This document shows, piece by piece, positions 43,240 to 53,300 of a stretch of DNA of 64,000 bases. The DNA comes from Actinomycetes bacterium. Its GTDB lineage: Bacteria; Actinomycetota; Acidimicrobiia; Acidimicrobiales; JAJYXR01. Numbering within the stretch: the stretch's first letter is position 1; the number at the start of each line of letters is the position of its first letter. The translations under genes and the position numbers were made by a program. The notes below the pieces were generated by a model that saw only the letters and a program-made list of their open reading frames with translations, did not search any database and was not told the DNA's origin. The stretch spans positions 1,766 to 65,765 of the forward strand of contig JAJYXW010000123.1 of the NCBI GenBank assembly GCA_021801525.1. The letters are read 5' to 3'.

Positions 43240-44828
43240 AGCGCTCTCTCGTGGTGAGCGCTGTCGGCGTTGTCGTCGTCGTGCTCGGCGCCCTCGGTGC
43301 CACCTTCGCAGCAGGGTGGTCACCCCGGCTGGGTCTGGATCTCGCGGGTGGTCTGTCCGTCGTTTATCGCCCGGCGCACCCGGTGTCGTCCAACGTGTTG
43401 AACGAGGCGATAACCATCATGAACGACCGGGTGAACGGCCTCGGCGTTTCGGGAGCGACGGTGGGGAGGCAGGGCACCGACATCGTGGCGCAGCTCCCGA
43501 GCGTGACCAATACACAGCGGGTCATCTCCACACTCGGCACGACGGCTCAGCTCTACTTCCGGCCCGTGCTCTGCTTCGCCCCGCCGTACACGCCACCCAC
43601 GCCGCCGAAGGGTGCCAAGGGTGCCAAGCCCCCGGCGCCGGCCTCACCCGGGCCCCTGCCTACGAGTTGCCCTGCGCAGTACCAGACGACTGCTGCGAAC
43701 CTCGGAGTGAAGCCGAACGCGTCTGCACCGGGAGGGTTCAGCTCGAACCCGATCGGCCCGGACCCCGCCCTCGCCTCCTACCCGAGCACTTCCCCGAAAG
43801 CCGATAATGCGTCAGCCACAGTCCTGCTCCCGGCGGCGCCGGGGACCACCCAGCAGGCCCAGCGCTACCTCCTCGGTCCCTCGCAGCTCGGTGGTGCGGC
43901 GATATCCTCGGCATCAGCGCAGTTCACCACTGCCGGCCAGTGGGTGGTGGCCTATACCCTCACCTCGTCGGGTTCTGCGAAGTGGGATGCGGTGGCCCAG
44001 AAGAACTTCCACCAGATGGTCGCGATCGACTTGGACGGCAAGGTCGAGTCGGCGCCGTTCATCCAACCTACACAGTCGACGTTCACCTCCTTTGGTGGCC
44101 AGGGACAGATAAGCGGCGGGTTCACCCAGTCGACCGCAAAGCAGCTCGCCCTCGTTCTGCAATACGGCGCTCTCCCCGTGCGCCTCGACAGGCTCACCAC
44201 CCAGACGGTCTCGCCGAGCCTCGGCAAGTCCTCTCTAAGAGCCGGGCTGCTCGCAGGCATTGCGGGCCTGGCTCTCGTGATGCTCTACATGCTCTTCTAC
44301 TACCGGGCGCTCGGCGCGGTGGTGATCGCGGGCCTCGCCCTCACGGGGGGGCTGCTGTGGGCGCTGGTGTCGGCCCTCGGGCATTCGAGCCTAAGCCTGA
44401 CGCTCGACCTGGCTGGGGTCACCGGCGTGATCGTGTCGATCGGGATAACAGTGGACTCCTATGTCGTGTACTTCGAGCGGCTGAAGGACGAGGCTCGTGC
44501 AGGGCGCTCGATCCGTACGAGCGTGGACAAGAGCTTCCGGGGCGCCTTCCGGACCGTGCTTGCGGCTGATGCGGTTTCCTTCATCGGCGCTTTCGTGCTC
44601 TGGTGGCTGGCCATCGGGGCAGTGAAGGGGTTCGCGTTCTTCCTCGGTCTCTCCACCCTGCTCGACGTGTTCATGACCTTCTTCTTCACGAGGCCGCTCG
44701 TGATAATGCTGGGTCGCAACCGCACGGTGACGGAGGCTCGAGTGCTCGGAATGGCCAGTGGTCTCGCCATGAACAGCCCTTCTCAGGCCAATGGAGCGCC
44801 TAGCGTAACGGCAGGGGTCGCGCCGTGA
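43236..44828 (+). CDS. secD: protein translocase subunit SecD
   Basis: LGLDLAGG...QYGALPV... and C-terminal TM bundle motifs are present. There is an ATGA overlap with the yajC stop. Confidence 0.88.
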   Translation: MKRSLVVSAVGVVVVVLGALGATFAAGWSPRLGLDLAGGLSVVYRPAHPVSSNVLNEAITIMNDRVNGLGVSGATVGRQGTDIVAQLPSVTNTQRVISTLGTTAQLYFRPVLCFAPPYTPPTPPKGAKGAKPPAPASPGPLPTSCPAQYQTTAANLGVKPNASAPGGFSSNPIGPDPALASYPSTSPKADNASATVLLPAAPGTTQQAQRYLLGPSQLGGAAISSASAQFTTAGQWVVAYTLTSSGSAKWDAVAQKNFHQMVAIDLDGKVESAPFIQPTQSTFTSFGGQGQISGGFTQSTAKQLALVLQYGALPVRLDRLTTQTVSPSLGKSSLRAGLLAGIAGLALVMLYMLFYYRALGAVVIAGLALTGGLLWALVSALGHSSLSLTLDLAGVTGVIVSIGITVDSYVVYFERLKDEARAGRSIRTSVDKSFRGAFRTVLAADAVSFIGAFVLWWLAIGAVKGFAFFLGLSTLLDVFMTFFFTRPLVIMLGRNRTVTEARVLGMASGLAMNSPSQANGAPSVTAGVAP

Positions 44829-46375
44829 CGACGACCACCGCTGCTCCCACGCTCGACGGCGCCGGCACGCCGAGGCCCAACGCGCTGGTGCGCCTCTACC
44901 GCGGCGAGACGTCCTTCGACTTCGTGGGTCGGAGGCGCCGCTGGTACCTCATCTCGCTCCTCGTGATCCTCGCAGGGATCGCCTCGTTCGGAATCCGGGG
45001 TCTCAACCTCGGGATCGAGTTCCGCGGAGGCACCTCCTGGGAGGTGCTCGCACCGGGAGTGAGCGCGGCGAAGGTGACGAGCGTGCTGCGCAGCGAGGGC
45101 GTCTCGCAGCCCGTCGTGCAGATCCTCGGAGGCAAGACGGTGGACGCTCAGGCGGACCTGAACAGCCTCCCGGCCGCACAGCGCAACCGAATAGATCAGA
45201 GCGTCGCTGCCGCGCTGGGCAAGCTTGCCCACGTTCCGGCATCCCAGGTCTCGCTGAACGAAGTGGGCCCCACATGGGGAGGGCAGGTCACCCAGAAGGC
45301 CATTATTGCGCTCCTCGTCTTCTTCGTGCTGATCGTTGTGTACATATCGGTGCGCTTCGAGTGGAAGATGGCGGTGGCGGCCTTGGTAGCCGTGGTGCAC
45401 GACCTGCTCGTCACGGCAGGGGTCTACTCGCTCACAGGCCTGCAGGTCACTCCGGACACCGTCATAGCAATCCTCACGATCCTCGGTTACTCCCTCTACG
45501 ACACCGTTGTCGTGTTCGACCGCGTGGGCGAGAACACCAAGGGGCTCGGCGCGTCTGGGCGGATGACCTACGAAGACGTGGTGAACCTCTCGATGAACCA
45601 GGTGCTCGCGCGCTCTGTCAACACCTCCCTGGTTGCCATCATCCCGGTGCTGTCGGTGCTCCTCATAGGCGCTGAGCTGCTCGGCGCTACGACGTTGCAG
45701 GAGTTCGGGCTGGCCCTGGTGATCGGGCTCACTTCCGGTGCATATTCCTCGATCTTCATAGCGTCGCCCCTGCTGTCCCAGATGAAGGAGCGCGAGCCGC
45801 GCTATGCGTCGATACGGCAGAAGCTGGCGAGCCGCGGGGACCGCTCGGGCCTGCTCACCCCGCGGGCCGCAGCTCTCCTCACCTCCACCGCTCCAGCACC
45901 GGGCAGCCAGCGTTCGGGGTCGGCGAAGAGGCCGGCATCACGTGCCCAGGGCGCGAGCCGTCCTGGCGGTGTGATCAAACCAGGTCGCGCACAGCGCCCG
46001 GGGGGGCAGAGCGCAGTGGCCCGGGCTGGCACCGCGCAGACCGGCACGGCCCAAACTGGCACGACCCAAGCTGGCACGGCCCAGGCGGGGGCCGGCCGGC
46101 CGGCAGGCACTCGCCGAGCCTCGAGCCCTCCGGCACGCGGGGGCTCGGGCGGATCGCCTGCAGCCGGATCTGCTGGTAGCGGAGTCGATGGAGACGGCTC
46201 CAACGTCGCGGCGTCCACCGCCGGGGCACAGGGCGGGCCGGCGGGTCCGGCGACCAACGGTGCCCCAGACGCTGCCGCGCCCGCCCAGCGTTCGGGCGCG
46301 GCCAAGCAGCGGGCGCCCGGCCAGAGGCGGCCCCCCGCCAAGGCGCGCAAGGGCAAGGGCGGGCGTCGAAGGTAG
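44825..46375 (+). CDS. secF: protein translocase subunit SecF with ~190-aa low-complexity C-terminal tail
   Basis: GIEFRGGTSWEV... and a TM bundle are present. There is a GTGA overlap with the secD stop. The tail contains a 15-nt x4 repeat (46026-46085). Confidence 0.86.
   Translation: MTTTTAAPTLDGAGTPRPNALVRLYRGETSFDFVGRRRRWYLISLLVILAGIASFGIRGLNLGIEFRGGTSWEVLAPGVSAAKVTSVLRSEGVSQPVVQILGGKTVDAQADLNSLPAAQRNRIDQSVAAALGKLAHVPASQVSLNEVGPTWGGQVTQKAIIALLVFFVLIVVYISVRFEWKMAVAALVAVVHDLLVTAGVYSLTGLQVTPDTVIAILTILGYSLYDTVVVFDRVGENTKGLGASGRMTYEDVVNLSMNQVLARSVNTSLVAIIPVLSVLLIGAELLGATTLQEFGLALVIGLTSGAYSSIFIASPLLSQMKEREPRYASIRQKLASRGDRSGLLTPRAAALLTSTAPAPGSQRSGSAKRPASRAQGASRPGGVIKPGRAQRPGGQSAVARAGTAQTGTAQTGTTQAGTAQAGAGRPAGTRRASSPPARGGSGGSPAAGSAGSGVDGDGSNVAASTAGAQGGPAGPATNGAPDAAAPAQRSGAAKQRAPGQRRPPAKARKGKGGRRR
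46026..46085 (+). repeat. 15-nt tandem repeat x4 (GTAQT-type units) in the secF tail
   Basis: ctggcaccgcgcaga / ccggcacggcccaaa / ctggcacgacccaag / ctggcacggcccagg. Confidence 0.8.
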
Positions 46376-46464
46376 CTCGGCCGGCGTCCCGATCTGTGCA
46401 GGGCTTGGGAGTAGCCTTGGTTCATGGGCCGCTTGCCTGATATCGCCAGCTCGCCAGGGAGAAC

Positions 46465-48732
46465 GTGATGGTGGAGGTGCTGGGCGTCGCCAGCGGGCAC
46501 GAGCCCCCGCGCGAGCACGGCGGCATGGCAGGCGGCATGGTAGGCGGCGTGGCCCGGGGCTTGTTCGAGGCCCTCGAGCGCTCGAGCCAGAGGCTGTCTC
46601 CAGAGGAGCTGGCGGTGGTGTCCGATGCGGCTGAGGTGGCCGAGAGGGCGCATCGCGGCCAGACGCGCCAGACCGGGGATCCCTACATAGTCCACCCGGT
46701 GGCAGTGGCCACGATCGTGGCGGAGCTGGGCCTCGATGCTCGCTCGGTGGTGGCGGCGCTGCTCCACGACGCGATAGAGGACACGGGATTGCTCCTCGGA
46801 GACATCGAGACGCGCTTCGGCCCCGAGGTCGCGAGCATCGTGGACGGCGTCACGAAGCTCGACCGCCTGCAGTTCGACTCCAAGGAGGCACAGCAGGCAG
46901 CGACCGTTCGCAAGATGCTGGTTGCGATGGCGAGCGACTGGCGGGTGCTCGTCATAAAGCTCGCCGATCGCCTGCACAACATGAGGACGATCTCCGCGAT
47001 GCCGGAGTGGAAGCAGCGTCGGACCGCCCAGGAGACCCTCGACATATACGCTCCTCTGGCACACCGCCTGGGTATCCAGGGGGTGAAGTGGCAGCTCGAG
47101 GACCTTGCGTTCGCCACGCTGCAGCCCAAGCGCTATGCGGAGATCGAGCAAATGGTCCTGAGCAGGGCTCCCGAGCGTGAGGCGCATCTGGCGCGGGTGC
47201 TGGTCGCTGTCTCCGAGCGGCTCGAGTCCTCGGGAGTTGTGGCAGAGGTAACCGGGCGCCCCAAGCACCTCTGGAGCATCTACGAGAAGATGGTGGTCCG
47301 GCACAAGGAGTTCGACGAGATTTACGACCTCGTGGGGATCCGGGTCGTGGTCGAGTCCGAGAAGGACTGCTGGGCGGCACTCGGCTCCATCCACGCAATA
47401 TGGAGCCCAGTGCAAGGAAGGTTCAAGGACTACATCAACAGCCCGAAGTTCAACCTCTACCAGTCGCTGCACACGACGGTGATCGGCCCGGAGGGCAAGC
47501 CGATAGAGGTGCAGATCCGCACGACGGAGATGCACCGCCGGGCGGAGTTCGGCATCGCTGCCCACTGGGGCTACAAGGCCGAAGGGCACGCTGGCGGATC
47601 GAGCACCGCGGAGATGGCGTGGCTCCAGCGCATCGTCGACTGGCAGCACGACACAACCGATCCCCTCGAGTTCCTCGAGTCGTTGAAGGTAGACCTCGAG
47701 CAGGACGAGGTCTACGTCTTCACCCCGAAGGGCAAGGTCATCGCCCTGGCCGCACGCTCCACCCCCATCGACTTCGCCTATGCAATCCACACCGAGGTCG
47801 GGCATCGCTGTATTGGTGCCAAGGTGAACGGCCGGCTCGTCCCCCTCGACACAAAGCTGCAGTCGGCGGACACCGTGGAGATCATCACCTCGAAGATCTC
47901 CTCTGCCGGGCCGTCACGCGACTGGCTCCAGATAGTGGCTTCCCCCCGCGCCCGCAACAAGATCAGGCAGTGGTTCAGCCGCGAGCGCCGCGAGGACGCG
48001 ATCGAAAACGGGCGTGAGGAGCTTCTGAAGGCGTTGAGGCGGGAAGGTCTCCCGGTGCAGAAGATCGCGAGCTCCGACGCCATGGCTGGGCTCTCCACGC
48101 TCATGGGGTTCGCCGACCTCGATGGGCTGCACGCGGCCATCGGGGATGGCCACCTCTCGGCGCGCTCCGTGGCCCAGCGCCTGGCCCGGGAGCTGAGGGG
48201 AGGTGGCTCCGACGAGCAGCTCCCCACGACCGTGAGGCCTTCACTGCGAGCACGCCGCCCCCGGACCTCGGGTGCAGGGGTCTACGTGGAGGGGCTCGAC
48301 GACGTGATGGTGCGCCTCTCGCGATGTTGCACGCCGGTGCCGGGTGACGAGATCGTCGGCTTCGTCACGCGGGGGCGCGGGGTGAGCGTGCACCGTTCGG
48401 ATTGTGCCAACGCGGGATCGCTCTCCCTCGGCGAGAGAGAGCGGCTGATCGAGGTGGAGTGGGACAGCGGATCCGCGACATCCTTCGTCGCCTCAATCGA
48501 GGTGCTCGCCTTTGATCGCGCCCGGCTCCTCGCCGACGTCACGCGCGTGCTGGCAGAGCACCACCTGAACGTGGTCTCCTCCTCGAGCCAGACCTCCGGC
48601 GACCGGGTCAACCGCATGCGCTTCGACGTCGAGCTGGCGGACCCGGGCCACCTCGATTCCCTCATTGCCTCGGTGAAGCACCTGGACGGCGTGTTCGACG
48701 CCTACCGGAGCCTTCCGGGACGCCGGAGCTGA
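46465..48732 (+). CDS. relA: bifunctional (p)ppGpp synthetase/hydrolase RelA/SpoT family
   Basis: It has an HD domain (HRGQTRQTGDPYIVHP), a synthetase domain (RPKHLWSIYEKM...YQSLHTTV), and TGS and ACT-like C-terminal domains. Confidence 0.9.
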   Translation: MMVEVLGVASGHEPPREHGGMAGGMVGGVARGLFEALERSSQRLSPEELAVVSDAAEVAERAHRGQTRQTGDPYIVHPVAVATIVAELGLDARSVVAALLHDAIEDTGLLLGDIETRFGPEVASIVDGVTKLDRLQFDSKEAQQAATVRKMLVAMASDWRVLVIKLADRLHNMRTISAMPEWKQRRTAQETLDIYAPLAHRLGIQGVKWQLEDLAFATLQPKRYAEIEQMVLSRAPEREAHLARVLVAVSERLESSGVVAEVTGRPKHLWSIYEKMVVRHKEFDEIYDLVGIRVVVESEKDCWAALGSIHAIWSPVQGRFKDYINSPKFNLYQSLHTTVIGPEGKPIEVQIRTTEMHRRAEFGIAAHWGYKAEGHAGGSSTAEMAWLQRIVDWQHDTTDPLEFLESLKVDLEQDEVYVFTPKGKVIALAARSTPIDFAYAIHTEVGHRCIGAKVNGRLVPLDTKLQSADTVEIITSKISSAGPSRDWLQIVASPRARNKIRQWFSRERREDAIENGREELLKALRREGLPVQKIASSDAMAGLSTLMGFADLDGLHAAIGDGHLSARSVAQRLARELRGGGSDEQLPTTVRPSLRARRPRTSGAGVYVEGLDDVMVRLSRCCTPVPGDEIVGFVTRGRGVSVHRSDCANAGSLSLGERERLIEVEWDSGSATSFVASIEVLAFDRARLLADVTRVLAEHHLNVVSSSSQTSGDRVNRMRFDVELADPGHLDSLIASVKHLDGVFDAYRSLPGRRS

Positions 48733-48734
48733 AG

Positions 48735-50045
48735 ATGGAGGACGACGCAGCCGGCAAAGAGGCTCCGCGCGCGCCGGTGGGCACCCATGACGTGCTCTGG
48801 CCGGAATCCTCGCGCTGGGAGCAGCTCGTGTCGTCCTTCGCCCGAAGTGCGGGGCGGGCTGGGTACGGTCTGGTGGTCACCCCGCTGATCGAGGAGGTGC
48901 GGCTGTTCCGGCGCGGGATCGGCGAGGCGAGCGAGGTCGTCGGCAAGGAGATGTACGAGCTGGTGGACAGGGGAGGCCGGCAGCTCGCTCTGCGCCCCGA
49001 GGGCACTGCGCCCGTGGCCCGCGCGTTCGTGCAGCACCGGCCCGCAGTCCCATGGAAGGCCTGGTACGCGACGCCGGCGTTCCGCTACGAACGTCCCCAG
49101 GCAGGGCGCTACCGCCAGCATCACCAGCTCGGCGTCGAAGCCCTCGGGTCTCCGGACCCGGACCTGGACGTGGAGGTGGTCTCGCTCGCCTCGGATTTCT
49201 GCAAGGAGCTCGGCTTACAGGAGATCGACCTGCGGCTCAACTCGATGGGCTGCCTGTCCTGCCGTCCCGGGTACGTGATCGTGCTGGCCGCCCACCTCCA
49301 CGATCGGCGCGACCGCCTGTGCGGGGCGCATCGGGATAGAGCGGAGCTGAACCCGCTCCGGGTGCTCGACTGCAAGACCCCCGAGTGCAGGGCCGTGTCC
49401 CTGGATGCACCGGCACTGTCGGAGTACTTGTGCGACGAGTGCCGCGAGCACGCCCTGCGAGTGCGCCAGGGGCTCGAGGCGCTCGGCATTCCCTACGCGA
49501 TGGACCGGCTGCTCGTAAGAGGCTTCGACTACTACACGAGGACGACGTTCGAGCTGCGATCCCGGGCGCTCGAGGCCGCCCAGGACGCGGTCGGAGGCGG
49601 CGGGCGCTACGACGGGCTCGTCGAGGCTATCGGTGGCCCACCGACCCCTGCGGTGGGCTTCGGCATAGGCATCGAGCGCGTGCTGCTGGCATGCGACGCG
49701 GAGGGGTGCTTCGGGGTGTCCCCGCCGGTGCCGCATGCCTTCGTCGTCGACCTTGCCGGTGGTGGCCACGCGCGGGACCTGACTGCCGAGCTCCGGCGGG
49801 CGGGGCTCAGATCGCAGCGGGCGTTCGACGGGAAGTCGATGCGCTCGCAGCTCAGGTCCGCGGATCGCTCGGGCGCCATTGCCGCGGTCATCGTCGGCGA
49901 GCGGGAGGCCGCGGAGGGAACGGTCTCCATCCGGATGCTCGACGGCTCTGGTACCCAGGAGGAGATCAGGCGCGCTGCTCTGGTGGGTCGCCTGCGCGAG
50001 CTCGTGGCCCGAGCTTCCGGGGATGGCTCCGCCCCCGGAGCGTGA
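48735..50045 (+). CDS. hisS: histidine--tRNA ligase
   Basis: GTHDVLWPES...LRPEGTAPVARAF...FRYERPQAGRYRQHHQLGVE...GGGRYDGL. Confidence 0.9.
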   Translation: MEDDAAGKEAPRAPVGTHDVLWPESSRWEQLVSSFARSAGRAGYGLVVTPLIEEVRLFRRGIGEASEVVGKEMYELVDRGGRQLALRPEGTAPVARAFVQHRPAVPWKAWYATPAFRYERPQAGRYRQHHQLGVEALGSPDPDLDVEVVSLASDFCKELGLQEIDLRLNSMGCLSCRPGYVIVLAAHLHDRRDRLCGAHRDRAELNPLRVLDCKTPECRAVSLDAPALSEYLCDECREHALRVRQGLEALGIPYAMDRLLVRGFDYYTRTTFELRSRALEAAQDAVGGGGRYDGLVEAIGGPPTPAVGFGIGIERVLLACDAEGCFGVSPPVPHAFVVDLAGGGHARDLTAELRRAGLRSQRAFDGKSMRSQLRSADRSGAIAAVIVGEREAAEGTVSIRMLDGSGTQEEIRRAALVGRLRELVARASGDGSAPGA

Positions 50046-50176
50046 GGCTTTTGGAAGGCTGATGTGTTCGGGGCTTCGTGGCGGGAAAACCTGCGCGGCC
50101 TGTTCGGCTGGGAAGCCGCAGACGGCAGGCTCACGCGTCCGCGGACGCGCTTGCGCCCATTGCGATCAGGAGCTCC

Positions 50177-50205
50177 TTGACGCGACGTAGCGGGCGCCCT
50201 ACCTT
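50177..50205 (+). promoter_or_regulatory. candidate sigma-70/SigA-type promoter (TTGACG - 17 nt - TACCTT)
   Basis: The -35-like hexamer is at 50177-50182 and the TANNNT-type -10 at 50200-50205. They lie 34 nt upstream of GTG 50239. This is a sequence match only. Confidence 0.35.
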
Positions 50206-50295
50206 TAGTGGTACCGGCTGACGACACGGGGGGCAACTGTGGCGAACTGGCGACGTGACTGGCGCGAGTACCTGACAATTCCAACGCGACCGAGC

Positions 50296-50305
50296 GGGGG
50301 GGGGG
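50296..50305 (+). repeat. G10 homopolymer between a candidate GTG start (50239) and the signal-peptide-encoding part of the giant ORF
   Basis: Ten consecutive G were counted directly (cgagc-GGGGGGGGGG-cctcg). Confidence 0.95.
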
Positions 50306-50362
50306 CCTCGGCGCAGATCGGTCCTTTGGCGTGTAGCTCTTTCGATCACAGCGCTTGCCACG

Positions 50363-53300
50363 GTGCTCCTCGGAGCGACCGCTGACGCACAAGGCGTGGA
50401 GCTCCCTTCTGGCGGCGTTGGCGCATCACCTGCCTCGCCGGGCTCGCCTGTCTGTGATCCAACACTCCTTACCCCTCGCTCTGGAGCCGTGACAGCAGAG
50501 GCACCTCCAGTTGCGGGATCTCCTGGCACCGGCTCGTCCGCAGGTGTCCTGGTCGCCTTCGGTGGCGAGGGTCCAGGCGGGCTGCTCGCAGACACCTGGG
50601 TGTTCGCTGATGGAGCGTGGAAGCTCCTGCATCCCGCAACGAGCCCGCCCGCGCGTTACGGCGCCTCCTTTGCCTACGACCCTACGGCTCGCCAGGACAT
50701 CCTCTTCGGCGGTATCGGGGCCGGGGGTCTGCCGCTCGACGACACTTGGGCGTGGGACGGCAGCAACTGGGTGGAGCTCCACCCTGCCGCGAGCCCGCCG
50801 GCGCGCTCGGCCGCGGCGTTCGCCTACGGTCCGATTCGTCGTGGCGCACTGGCAGGGATGGCTCTGCCCGTGACCGCGAAGGTACCAGCGGGGTCGGGTA
50901 TTTCCGGGACGAGCCAGGCAGGCGGTCCCTCTGCCGACTTCCCGCAGTCCCGCGGCGACGGAGGCCACGGTCTCGTGCTCTTCGGAGGGCGGTCGGCTTC
51001 GGGCGCACCGCTCGCAGGCACTTGGGCGTGGAACGGCGCCAACTGGGTGAAGCTCGCCCCGGCTACTTCGCCACCGGCGCGCTCGGCCGCGGCGTTCGCC
51101 TATGGCCCCATTCCTCATCGTTCGCCTCCTGCCTACAGGCCGCCAGCCTCGGCCACTTCGCGAGGAAGCGCGCATGGCGCCTCGCAAGGCAGCCCTCCGA
51201 AATCGACTGCAGCACCTGGCGACCATGGCCACGGCGATATCCTCTTCGGTGGAAGCGGCACCTCGGGGCTGCTCGGAGGCACTTGGGCGTGGAACGGCGC
51301 CAACTGGGTGAAGCTCGCTCCCTCGACGTTCCCCTCCGCTCGTTCTGCGGCAGGCTTCTCCTACGACGCCTCGATCCATTCCTACGTGCTCACCGGTGGC
51401 TCTGGAGTGTCGGTGTCCTCTGCGGGTTCTGGCACCCAACAGGTCAGTCTCTCTGGCACCTGGGGCTTCGCGCTCTCGAACTGGGCGCGCCTCGCGAGCG
51501 GGGCAACCGCTCCAGGTGCTCCGTCGGGCGTCTCGGCAGAAGGCGGCAACGGCCAGGCGACGGTGGCCTGGAGCGCTCCTGGCTCAGATGGCGGAGCTCC
51601 CGTCAGTGCCTATGTCGTGACGGCGATACCGTCTGGGAAAAAGGTGACCGTCACTGGCGCCTGCCCTGTTGCTCTCCGAGCAACCATACGCGGTCTCAGC
51701 GACGGATCGAGCTACTTCTTCACGGTGAAGGCGCTGAACGCCGCAGGGATCAGCCCCTCCTCCGGTCCATCCGCTCCTGTCACACCCGTGGGGCCCCCGT
51801 TGGCTCCGACGGGGGTATTTGCGACGGCTGGGAACGCCGAAGCGGCAGTGTCCTGGGTTACGCCGGCCGACAACGGCAAGGCGATCAGCTCGTACACGGT
51901 CACGACATCCCCGTCCTGTCCGTCGTGCAGCGGCCTCGTCGTGATAGGCAAGCAGCCAGCGACATCCACTACGGTACGCGGGCTTGCGAACGGCACGCCG
52001 TACACCTTCGTCGTCCGGGCGACGAACGATCGCGGTAGTGGCCCGCCGTCTACGGCATCAGCCTCGGTCACTCCGAGCGCGCGCACCGGTCCGCCGGGGG
52101 CAGTGCGTGACCTCCAGGTGCTCCCGGAGGCCGGTCAGGTGAAAGTACGCTTCGAGCCGCCAGCGTCGAACGGAGGATCTGCGATCACCTCCTATCGTGT
52201 GAGCGCCACCCCCGCGGTCTCCCCGCAAGGACAGGCCGAGGCCGAACCCGCCATGCGCCGCTCCGAGATCGCAGCGCGCTCGGTGGCCTCCGGCTCCGGC
52301 GTCTCGCCCGCGTGCCTCCTCTGGTGGTCCGGGAGCTGCGCCCTCTACCCGCCTCGGACGAGCTCGTCTCCCGACCCCGCCGGCACCTGGGTGCTCCAGA
52401 GCGCGTCTGCTCCGCCGGACAGCGTGGTCACAGATATGTCGTGCGCGAACCCGGAGGACTGCACGGCCGTGGGGCTCGTCTCGAACGGCACTCCGAGCAT
52501 CTCGAACCTGCCGGGCCCGCTCGTGCTCGTCACTCGCGACGGGGGCGCTTCATGGGCTGACATCCCTGTGCCTGTCACAGCGACTGAGCTCTTGGGGGTG
52601 TCGTGCGCCAGTTCATCATCCTGCGTGGCTGTGGGAACCAACGATTTCGTGTCCTCGACTGGTACGAGCCTCGACCCCGTTACGCTCTTCACGAGTGACG
52701 CAGGGGCAACCTGGCACGAAGGAAGCATCCCGGCGGGGCTGAGCGCGCTCACGGGTGTGTCGTGTCCGAGCAGTTCGGACTGCTTCGCGCTCGGCTACGA
52801 GAACGCCACCGCTACGCAGCAGGCCTCGACGGCGGTCATCTCGAGCACCGACGGCGGCGCCACATGGCAGGTAAGCGCAAGCTTCCCTGCGCTCGGCTTC
52901 TCGCCGTTCGTCATAGGGGGGATCGCCTGCGCCTATACGAGCACATGCCTTGCTGTCGGCATCACCTACTCCTTCTCCACGTCTGGAACATCCCCCGCGA
53001 CGCTTGTCGCCCCCGCATCGGTGGAGACGACAGACGGGGGTGCGACCTGGGCTCTGAGCCCCATGGGCTCGGCCGTCAGCACGTCGTCGGGCGCGCCGGT
53101 GCCTGTGCCTGTCCGGGTGTCGTGCCCGAGCGCCAGCTCGTGCATGGCGGTCGGGGTGTCGGGGGGATTTTTCGGCCAGTCGGCTCCTCCCACGCCGCTT
53201 GCCTGGTCGACTTCCGACGGGGGCTCCACCTGGAGCGAGTCGCAGCCGGACGCGGGGCTTCCTGCGGGAGCCTCTGGCGTCCTCTACGGCGTGTCGTGCC

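Noticed and set aside
45802-47805. 667-aa minus-strand ORF antisense to relA. Similar long antisense or alternative-frame ORFs include 27341-29095(-), 34234-35556(-), 35040-36287(-), 7916-9205(-), 21355-22534(-), 40771-41748(-), 14638-15402(-), 23461-24387(-) and 50426-51439(-).
   Set aside because: Their translations are Arg/Pro/Gly/Ala-rich low-complexity strings with no recognisable motifs. Each lies opposite a gene with strong family signatures. Long stop-free antisense frames are expected in DNA this GC-rich.
50135-50148. Perfect 14-bp palindrome GCGTCCGCGGACGC downstream of hisS, considered as a terminator or operator.
   Set aside because: A zero- or 2-nt loop makes a poor RNA hairpin, and no U-tract follows. 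There is no second copy or associated regulator in the window. Evidence is insufficient for a call.
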